NCBI GenBank assembly: GCA_020725385.1
Contig: DYFC01000032.1
Span: 63,493 to 127,492 of the forward strand
Source: Nitrospira japonica
Lineage (GTDB): Bacteria > Nitrospirota > Thermodesulfovibrionia > Thermodesulfovibrionales > SM23-35
DNA length: 64,000 nucleotides
Direction: 5' to 3'
Shown here: positions 50,231 through 58,700 of the stretch, in pieces
Position numbering within the stretch: the first letter of the stretch is position 1
Layout of the letters: each line of letters opens with the position of its first letter
The notes under the pieces: generated by a model
What the model saw: the letters and a program-made list of their open reading frames with translations, nothing else
Told to the model about the DNA's origin: nothing
The model's database searches: none
Translations under genes and position numbers: made by a program

Positions 50231-50729
50231 GATTACCGGAAATAATAAAAATCTCTATTTTGTAGCTCTAATTATAATTTTATCTGTATTAATAATATTA
50301 GGTCTTAAACAACTACGTAATGATAAGAAAGAATTGCTGAATCTTCGAACACAGCAGAAAGAAATATCCGTGATAAAAAACAAAATATCCTATCTCAATC
50401 AAAAAGTAAGCTTTTATGAATCAAAGAAAAGAATAGGGAATGCTTCTGGCATAATACAAATTTCTGATGAAATATTTTCATCAACGGGTTTGAAAAATAA
50501 ATTGAAAAGTATTAAAAACTCTGGTACAAATCATACAGTTAACGGGATTGAAGAAATAGCCGATGTTACTGTAGAAAAAGTATCCATGAATGAATTATTA
50601 AATATATTATACAGAATCGAAAACTCTCCTTCTCTTGTTTCAATTAAAAGAATTTCTATAAAGAAAGATTTTGAGAACCCCCAACTTCTTAATATAAATA
50701 TGGTTATTTCATACATAAGGCAAAAGTGA
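50223..50729 (+). CDS. gspM: Type II secretion protein GspM-like
   Basis: TM, coiled coil and ferredoxin-like end (ELLNILYRIE); position. Confidence 0.72.
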   Translation: MNKITGNNKNLYFVALIIILSVLIILGLKQLRNDKKELLNLRTQQKEISVIKNKISYLNQKVSFYESKKRIGNASGIIQISDEIFSSTGLKNKLKSIKNSGTNHTVNGIEEIADVTVEKVSMNELLNILYRIENSPSLVSIKRISIKKDFENPQLLNINMVISYIRQK

Positions 50730-51526
50730 TAAATAAAAAAGCAAAATTTAGAATATACCTTGCCTTCATATTTATTCTTCCATTGATTTTCTGGGCATTC
50801 TGGTTTGTATTCTCGGGCTCTACGATAATAACTATTATAGAAAAGGCCGCTGAAAACAATTCTTTGCAAATTGAAATTAAGGGATTCAAAAAAGGATTTC
50901 TTTATAATATATTTGTTGATGAAATTATTGTAAGATCAGCAAATGGAGAAATAATGACTCTGAACAATATAAATTCAAAAATAAATCCCTTTAAACTTTT
51001 GATGAAGAATCTTGACATGTCACTCGAAGGAGATTCTGGCAATGGTAAAATTAAAGGAATTATAAGTTTTGGAAAAGAAAACACCAATGGTAAATTTGAG
51101 TTTAAAAGCATTGATTTAAATGCTTTTTCTTTTTTAAGAAAAACAAAAATAAAAGGTTCTGGAAATATATCAGGTTCTTTTGTTTTTAATAATAAGGAGT
51201 TACATATAGAATTTATTTCCAGAAATCTATCCCTTGAAGATATAGAATTATCAGGAATCAAAACACCAATAAGTTGTTTTCATTCAATGTCGGGAGCAAT
51301 CAATGTTAATAACAATTTAATAAGTATAGAATCTATCTCATTTGACGGGCAAAATATTTATGCGAGACTAAAAGGTTACATAAAAGATTATATCGCGGAT
51401 ACAACCCTTGAAATAATGCCTGATAAAGATTTTACTGACAACCCTTTTATATTTGCAGGACTCAAACAATATGAGGTATCCCCGGGCTATTATTTAATTC
51501 CATTAAAAGGTGAGTTCCTTATTTAA
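50726..51526 (+). CDS. gspN: Type II secretion protein GspN-like
   Basis: N-terminal TM and beta-rich AsmA-like body; position after gspM. Confidence 0.68.
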   Translation: MINKKAKFRIYLAFIFILPLIFWAFWFVFSGSTIITIIEKAAENNSLQIEIKGFKKGFLYNIFVDEIIVRSANGEIMTLNNINSKINPFKLLMKNLDMSLEGDSGNGKIKGIISFGKENTNGKFEFKSIDLNAFSFLRKTKIKGSGNISGSFVFNNKELHIEFISRNLSLEDIELSGIKTPISCFHSMSGAINVNNNLISIESISFDGQNIYARLKGYIKDYIADTTLEIMPDKDFTDNPFIFAGLKQYEVSPGYYLIPLKGEFLI

Positions 51527-51536
51527 AGGAGGATTT

Positions 51537-53810
51537 ATGTTAAGAATTATACTTTCAGCAATCATGCTTTTAAGTTTCATTTCATGTGGTTCTAATACAA
51601 ATCATATTGAAATAGCATCCAATAATAAGTTTGATGTAACCACAAACAATAATTCATTATTTAAAAACACTAATTTAAAAAATTACGTACCCGGAGAAAT
51701 ACTCATTAAATTTAAAGACGGAACATCTTTAATTAAAACGAATTTATTGCATAAAAATATAAATGCGCAGAAGCTGGGTGAGATTAAAAATTTAAAAATT
51801 CAACATATAAAATTGCCGGAGGAAACTTCTGTTGAAGACGCTATTGACTATTACAAATCTTATCCTGATGTTGAATTTGTTGAACCTAATTATATAGTTC
51901 GCACTGTGGCTATACCCAATGATCCCGGATATATTCAACAATGGGGGTTAAATAATACAGGACAATTTGGTGGAATACCGGGCGCTGACATAAGTGCACA
52001 AAAAGCATGGGAAGTTACTAAAGGCTCGGACAATATCATCATCGCAGTTCTCGATTCAGGGGTTTCCTATGACCATCCTGATTTAAAAGACAATATATGG
52101 GTAAATACAGCTGAGATGAACGGCAAAGCAGGAGTTGATGATGATAACAATGGTTATGTAGATGATTATTACGGATGGGATTATATAGATAATGATGGTT
52201 ATCCTTCAGATTATAATCAACACGGAACACATGTGGCTGGAATTATAGCAGCAAAAGGAAACAATAACACGGGTATCTCTGGTGTAATGTGGTCTGCAAA
52301 AATTATGGCACTGAGATTTCTTGGAGTAACCGGCACGGGAGATGTGGCAAGAGCTGCTGAAGCAATAGAATATGCTGTTGATAATGGCGCAAGAATAATT
52401 AATGCAAGCTGGGGTGGTTATGATTACTCTGCAACAGTCTATTCAGCCATAAACTATGCAAGACAGCATAACGTTCTTTTTGTAGCGGCAGCAGGAAATG
52501 AGAGTAATGACAATAATATATCGCCATTTTACCCTGCAAGTTACAACCTTCCAAATATTATATCTGTTGCTGCAACAGACCAGGGGGATCAATTAGCCTA
52601 TTTTTCGAATTATGGTAGCAACAAAGTTCATCTTGCTGCACCCGGTGTATCTATTTACAGCACAGTGCCCCATTTCTCTTATGGTAGCCCGGTTATTTTA
52701 TATTCCGAGAATTTTGATAGTGCTTCAGGCATTTTGCCTTTGCTTGGCTGGGTAAGAGGCGGGACTCAAAGTACATGGGCAATAACCGAAGGCACAGGAA
52801 TTAATGGTACTAACAGTCTTGAAGATAGCCCGGGGACGAATTATCTGAGCAATACCAATTCATGGGCAGGATATAAAACTTCCTTTAACTCACAAAAAAA
52901 CTACCTTTACAGACTCTATTTCAAATGGAAAGGTCATATAGACACCACCACGAATGACTTCTTTTATATAAATTACTCACAAGATAGTATTTTCTGGGAC
53001 TGGGCGGATTACAGGGATGGAAATAATCCATTATATGTTTCTGATTATACAGATGAAATAACATCAGCAGCAGATTTGCTCGATAAATTTTATATAGGGT
53101 TCGGACTAAAATCAGATTCCTTAGTAAACTATGAAGGTATAAATATTGATGACGTAGTTCTGCAAAAGTACTCTATTTCTGTAAGTAACTATTCATATGA
53201 ATCAGGTGGATGGAATGGTACATCAATGGCAGCTCCTTTTGTCTCTGGTGTAGCAGGTCTGATTCTTTCTGCAAACCCTTCATTAACCTACACTCAGGTC
53301 AAGGATAGAATATTGAATAGTGTTGATAAAATATCATCCTTGACAGGCAAAACAATTACCGGCGGAAGATTGAACGCTGCTTCAGCGCTGGGTGCTACAA
53401 TTCCTTCTGCTCCCTCAGGACTTTCTGCAACCGTAATCTCAAAAACTCAAATTAATCTATCATGGAATGACAATTCGGATAATGAAACAGGTTTCATGAT
53501 AGAAAGAAAAACCGGAGAGACAGGGAGTTATGAACTTATTTTCACAACTAATGCTAATATATCTTCTTACTCTGATACAGGACTTACACCAAATACTAAA
53601 TATTACTATCGTATAAAAGCATATAATGAAATAGGTGAATCTTCTTATTCCAATGAAGCAAATGCAACCACAAAAAAATCTTCTGGCGGCGGAGGAGGTG
53701 GTGGTTGTTCAATAGGTAGCACCCAAAATACTACAACTGCATTTGCAGATACAGCAGTTTTATTAATTCCGTTAATTATTTTACTTATTGTAAAAAGAAG
53801 AACAAATTAA
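51537..53810 (+). CDS. Lipoprotein subtilase (S8) with propeptide, inserted beta-domain, FN3 and a Gly-rich/Cys C-terminal sorting signal
   Basis: AAGGAGG SD before ATG 51537 (the track starts at 51510). Lipobox LLSFISC; triad VLDSG, HGTHVAG and GTSMAAP; oxyanion AAGN; FN3 PSAPSGL...YYYRIKAYN; tail KKSSGGGGGGGCSI-TM-KRR. Confidence 0.93.
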   Translation: MLRIILSAIMLLSFISCGSNTNHIEIASNNKFDVTTNNNSLFKNTNLKNYVPGEILIKFKDGTSLIKTNLLHKNINAQKLGEIKNLKIQHIKLPEETSVEDAIDYYKSYPDVEFVEPNYIVRTVAIPNDPGYIQQWGLNNTGQFGGIPGADISAQKAWEVTKGSDNIIIAVLDSGVSYDHPDLKDNIWVNTAEMNGKAGVDDDNNGYVDDYYGWDYIDNDGYPSDYNQHGTHVAGIIAAKGNNNTGISGVMWSAKIMALRFLGVTGTGDVARAAEAIEYAVDNGARIINASWGGYDYSATVYSAINYARQHNVLFVAAAGNESNDNNISPFYPASYNLPNIISVAATDQGDQLAYFSNYGSNKVHLAAPGVSIYSTVPHFSYGSPVILYSENFDSASGILPLLGWVRGGTQSTWAITEGTGINGTNSLEDSPGTNYLSNTNSWAGYKTSFNSQKNYLYRLYFKWKGHIDTTTNDFFYINYSQDSIFWDWADYRDGNNPLYVSDYTDEITSAADLLDKFYIGFGLKSDSLVNYEGINIDDVVLQKYSISVSNYSYESGGWNGTSMAAPFVSGVAGLILSANPSLTYTQVKDRILNSVDKISSLTGKTITGGRLNAASALGATIPSAPSGLSATVISKTQINLSWNDNSDNETGFMIERKTGETGSYELIFTTNANISSYSDTGLTPNTKYYYRIKAYNEIGESSYSNEANATTKKSSGGGGGGGCSIGSTQNTTTAFADTAVLLIPLIILLIVKRRTN

Positions 53811-53918
53811 GCCAGATAATGCAGACATTGTTCTTATAACTGAAACGTAAGAAGTAAATCGCAAACTATTAGCTCAAACTGTTTGAACCGTTAAAATTCG
53901 TTTTTTATAATATCTGTA

Positions 53919-54446
53919 TTATTTCAAATATATTAAATTCGCAAAAAAATGGAAGATTATGCCAGGCAATATGTTACCGGTTTTTAGATAAAGCCAGCCC
54001 ATAATCAAGGAGGGGAAGAAGCTGAGTAGAGAGAACCAGTCATTCGAGAACATTGCCTTCGGGAAATGGGATAAAGAAAATAGCAAACTTGTTATTAAAA
54101 CTGCTTTTAAATTTCTTTTTAAAGATTCCTGAATATATCCCCTGAAAAAAACTTCTTCAGGAAAAGCAACTCCTACGAATTGAAAGAGGATATCAGCAAA
54201 AGTAATTTTCTCAAAGTCATTTCCAAACACAAGATGGTAAGGAAGAAGTATAATAAATGATATAGAAAAACCGATCAAAATGTCCTTCAAAGAAAAATTC
54301 AATCTTATTCTACAACCTGACAAAAAAGGATATGCGATCATTAAAACAGGAAGAATGCCATAATACATTCCGCCAGGTTTTATATAATGAAGCATGAAAG
54401 AAAAGATGGTTACTAAAAAATAACCTAAAAGAACTTTAGATTTCAT
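53919..54446 (-). CDS. CPBP/Abi family glutamic intramembrane protease (myxosortase/JDVT-CTERM protease-like)
   Basis: EEVFFRG, FSLSH and HFFAN motifs; multiple TMs; convergent with the CTERM-bearing subtilase. Confidence 0.88.
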   Translation of the reverse strand: MKSKVLLGYFLVTIFSFMLHYIKPGGMYYGILPVLMIAYPFLSGCRIRLNFSLKDILIGFSISFIILLPYHLVFGNDFEKITFADILFQFVGVAFPEEVFFRGYIQESLKRNLKAVLITSLLFSLSHFPKAMFSNDWFSLLSFFPSLIMGWLYLKTGNILPGIIFHFFANLIYLK

Positions 54447-54627
54447 TTATAGATAATTTATTCTTTTTTCATGTTTTGTCAATAATGATGCTGACAGTTT
54501 ACAATACCTATCAGACTTTTATTATTGTTTACTTTATTTCCCCTCTCTAATAATCAGGTTAATAATTTAATTTCATATTTGCAATAATAAAGATTTCCTG
54601 AACTATAATTTGATAGATAACACTAAA

Positions 54628-54645
54628 CCGGAAATGATTTTCCGG
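54628..54645. promoter_or_regulatory. Inverted repeat CCGGAAA-N4-TTTCCGG, possible operator
   Basis: Perfect 7-bp arms in the AT-rich divergent region upstream of the RGPP uORF. Confidence 0.35.
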
Positions 54646-54704
54646 GTAAAATAAAGGTGGAAAAAATTAAACTATTAATTGCAGAATTGTAGTATTCTAT
54701 TATT

Positions 54705-54995
54705 ATGAAATATTATTATTTATATTCAGCAATTAAAAACAATAAACCATTTAACATACTATCGGCTTTATGTATTTTTATTATATTCGGGATATTGTTT
54801 ATATGTTATGACGATAATCTTCTGGATAATAATGACCCGCCGGTTTTCCTATATCAATCTTCTATCATAGTAAGCAAATTTATTTTTCAGCCTGAAAGAA
54901 TAAGACTACAGACCAAATTATTCAATTGCTCTTCCATTGATAAAAACCCGTTTCTTACCAGGGGACCTCCCACGGTTCTGGAATCTGAAGTTTAA
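54705..54995 (+). CDS. Small membrane protein ending in an RGPP motif (candidate ribosome-arrest leader peptide)
   Basis: One hydrophobic segment (ILSALCIFIIFGILFIC), spacer, then PFLTRGPP eight codons before the stop; 87 nt upstream of tatA. Confidence 0.65.
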   Translation: MKYYYLYSAIKNNKPFNILSALCIFIIFGILFICYDDNLLDNNDPPVFLYQSSIIVSKFIFQPERIRLQTKLFNCSSIDKNPFLTRGPPTVLESEV

Positions 54996-55082
54996 ACTAA
55001 TAAAGTTATTTATTCTCCGGATTATATTATTAATAACCCGGTAATTTTAGGCGTTTAAAAACCCATAAATAAGGAGTTTGCC

Positions 55083-55274
55083 ATGTTTGGATTAGGAACA
55101 CAGGAATTATTTCTTGTTTTATTAATTGTGTTTGTTCTTTTTGGTGCAACAAGACTGCCACAGATAGGGAGCGGGGTCGGACAGGCTATCAGAAATTTCA
55201 AAAAAAGTATTGCAGAGGCTGATGAAGAAAAACCTGGAAATGATACAAAAAAGGAGATAAGCAAAGATACTTAA
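55083..55274 (+). CDS. tatA: Twin-arginine translocase TatA/E subunit
   Basis: MFGLGTQELFLVLLIVFVLFGATRLPQIGSGVGQAIRNFKK; AAGGAG SD. Confidence 0.94.
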   Translation: MFGLGTQELFLVLLIVFVLFGATRLPQIGSGVGQAIRNFKKSIAEADEEKPGNDTKKEISKDT

Positions 55275-55306
55275 ATAAATATAAGAAAGAAAGGAGAAAC
55301 CTTATC

Positions 55307-55546
55307 GTGAAAAAAATTATTTTATTAATAGTAACCCTTACTTTTATTTTTAGCTTTTCCGCAATTTCTTTTGCTGTAGATAATCAAGGGTTGGAATCTC
55401 AAAGGGTTCAAAAAACTGAAAAAGATAAAACAATTAAGAAGAATATAAAAGTTAGAAAACATAAACAAGTTAGAAAAACAAAGAAAATAAAGAAGATAAA
55501 GAAAACAAAGAAGAATAACAGGTTAGAGAGTAAAAAAACTGACTAA
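55307..55546 (+). CDS. Small secreted Lys-rich protein
   Basis: AAGGAG SD, signal peptide MKKIILL...AISFA and a very basic mature part. Confidence 0.7.
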   Translation: MKKIILLIVTLTFIFSFSAISFAVDNQGLESQRVQKTEKDKTIKKNIKVRKHKQVRKTKKIKKIKKTKKNNRLESKKTD

Positions 55547-55578
55547 GATATTTATGCCATTTATTTTGATTCGTTTAT

Positions 55579-55608
55579 AGAGACCCGGTATATCTTCGGG
55601 TCTCTTTT
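55579..55608 (+). terminator. Intrinsic terminator after the uORF-tatA-small protein unit
   Basis: AGAGACCCG...CGGGTCTCT followed by TTT. Confidence 0.75.
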
Positions 55609-55736
55609 CCTTTAAAAGGTTATTTTCTTGGATTTTCTATGCTTTTCTTTTACCCCGGGTAATACATGGATTGCTCTTATAACGTGAAGCGTTAACCCAA
55701 AAATGTAGATATTGCTCAAAAATTTATTCAACTCTT

Positions 55737-58700
55737 TTGCTACAAAGGGTCTCTTTTTTCTCCTTCCCCATGGCTTGTTATCCTTTTATCTTTGAATGGT
55801 CTAACATTGGGCAAGGAGTAGATATTAATGCAACTTTCAATGTAAATAGTAATACTCCAGGGATATTTAGCATTAATCCATCGAAAATTTACTATTATAT
55901 TAATAACAATAAAAAAATCTTTAATTCTTCATGCAATGCCTCAATCATAACAATCAGGTATGAGCTTGTCTCTCCTGCTAACCCAAAGAATATTTATTCA
56001 ATTTCAGGAGATGGTGTTATCAGAATAAAATGGGACACGAATCGTGAAGCAGATTTTTCAAGGTACGATATATATAAAAGTTTAGATTCGGTTTCATACC
56101 AGCAAATAGCTTCTACACAAGTAGCATCTTTTGATGATGTTTCTATTCAGGACAATTTTACTTATTATTATAAAATTAAAGCAGTTGACACATCTGGAAA
56201 TGAGAGTGAATTCTCGGTGCCAACAGCAGAGACTTATCAGAATATAAAAATTAGGACATATGATACTTCTGGAGCAACAGTAGCGGCAGTTGGTGATATA
56301 AATGGTGATAAACGAGCTGATCTAGTATTAGGTTATCCCTTAGCAGCGAGGAAAAATAAACAGGAAGTTGGCAAGGTGGCTATTTTTTATGGTGGCAATA
56401 CTTCCAGTACTCCTGATGTAATTCTATATGGAGAAAAGGAATATGATAAGTTTGGATACAGCCTTGCAGTTGTTGATATGAATAATGATGGATATAGTGA
56501 GTTAATCGTTGGGGACCCGAGTTATAGTAGTTTGGATAATTACAGAACAGCTCAGCCCAGTATAGGAAAAGTATATGTATATGACGGTGGAAGCAATTTT
56601 AATACAGAGCCAGCATTAACTATAATCGGTGAATGGAATTATAATGAGTTTTACAATGGTTATTATTTCGACCATTTAGGCTTTTCAATTGCACCAGCAG
56701 GTGATATTAATGGAGATGGATACCAAGACGTTCTAATAGGTGCGCCATACGGTGCACCATATGCACCTTACGGGGCAGACTATGACTTAGAATTGGCTGG
56801 GAAAGTGGAAATACTATTAGGTGGAGCATATCTCTCTGCAAGCAGGCTCAGCGTCTTTGGGCAGCATTCTGGAGATAGGATTGGGTATTCTGTCTCATCT
56901 TCTGGAGATATAAACCATGACGGTTATGATGATTTTGTCACTGGTGGTGTGAATATTTACGGCAGTTCCGGAAAGGCGTACCTTTTTAATGGGACTCCCA
57001 ATAATCCAAGTTTAAGTTTTATTTTTCAGAAACAGGAGACTGGTTTTGGAAAAGCAGTTTCACATATGGATATAACTGGAGATGGTTTTGAAGATATCTG
57101 CATTGCCTCAGACTCTGGTATAGATATTCATTATGGCAATACTCCATTAACGAATTCCTCTAATATTAGATTGGCTGGCAATAGCGAGTTTATATCATCT
57201 ATTGGTGATTTGAACTGCGATGGTTTTAATGATATTATTACAGGACCGGGTCCGAAAATATATTTTGGCGGCAATAGTGAAAACGTCGCTGATATAGTAA
57301 GAAGTGATGCTGTAGTTATAGGGACAGGTGATATAGATGGTGATGGAATCAATGAAATTATCGTATCAGACTCTATGAGAGTCTATATATACTCAGTTCT
57401 TTCATATTTAACCTTGCCTAAGATAATAATAACTTCACCACAGGATAATACAGTTACACGTTCAAGTGAAATAACTATATCGGGGTTAATAAAAGGAAAT
57501 GTTGCAAAATTTTTAGTTGGAGGACAACAAATATCCTTTACGCCAAATGGACAGTGGACTGCAAACGTTTCGCTAATTGAAGGAAATAATATTTTTGAAA
57601 TTATTGCGGTAACCTCTGATGGAAAAATCAATAAGAGGATCTTATCTTTAAAACGATCACAATCTTTGCCATTAGCTGTAGCAATAACATCACCTGTTAA
57701 TGGTTCAGTCGTAAATGATACACCAATACAGGTTTCAGGAACAGTTAATGATTCAACTGCAAGAGTAAATGTTAATGGTGTTCAAGGAATAGTATCTGGC
57801 AATACGTTCATAGCTACAGGGATTAATATTAAAGAAGGCTTAAACACAATAACCGCGGTTGCCACAGACAATAAAGGCCAAATAGCATCTAACAGCATAA
57901 CAATAACACTTCTCACAAAGGGAACAATAACAGGTACGGTTAAGGATTCTACTTCAAACCTACCGTTACCTGACACAATCGTGACTGTTTTAGATGTCTT
58001 CAAAACTATTACAACAACAACAGATTCTAACGGCGTTTTTTCAATTACAGGAGTAACACAAGGCAATTTTACAGCAAGATTTGAGAAATCAGGATATATT
58101 TCACAAACAGTAAATGGCACTGTATCTGCCGGACAGACTTTGACTCTTAATATCCGGCTGACTCAGGTACCACCATTGCATATAACTATAACATCTCCAC
58201 AGGATGGTGCAGTTTTGAATGCATCTCCAATATCTGTTACAGGCAATGTGAACAATAATGCAGAAGTAATAGTTAAAGGCGTTAGAGCATCTGTAAGCAA
58301 TAATATCTTCTCTGCTTCAATCCCTCTGGTTGAGGGACAAAACCTAATAACAGCATTAGCTACAGATGAATACGGGCAGACTGCATCCCACAGCATAACA
58401 GTAACATATAGCATTTCTCCAATTATCAACAACATAACAGTCACCAACATAACCACTAATTTAGTGACAATCACATGGACTACCAACCAGCCAACATCAA
58501 CTCTTTTTGAATATGGCACTACAACAAGCTATGGGAATGCAATATCTGATTCAACATTGACGACGAGTCATACTATCACATTATCAAACCTTACACCAGA
58601 TACAACATATCATTTTAAGATAACATCGAAGAATTTTTATGGATTATCTTCATCTACTGAGGATAATACTTTTACAACTAAGAAATTTTCAGCAAAAACC

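Noticed and set aside
51510-51536. Upstream GTG start for the subtilase
   Set aside because: ATG 51537 has a strong AAGGAGG SD and gives a proper lipoprotein signal peptide.
56739-56771. GAPY-GAPY-APY micro-duplication in an FG-GAP repeat
   Set aside because: Short in-frame slippage duplication with synonymous divergence; no evidence of function.
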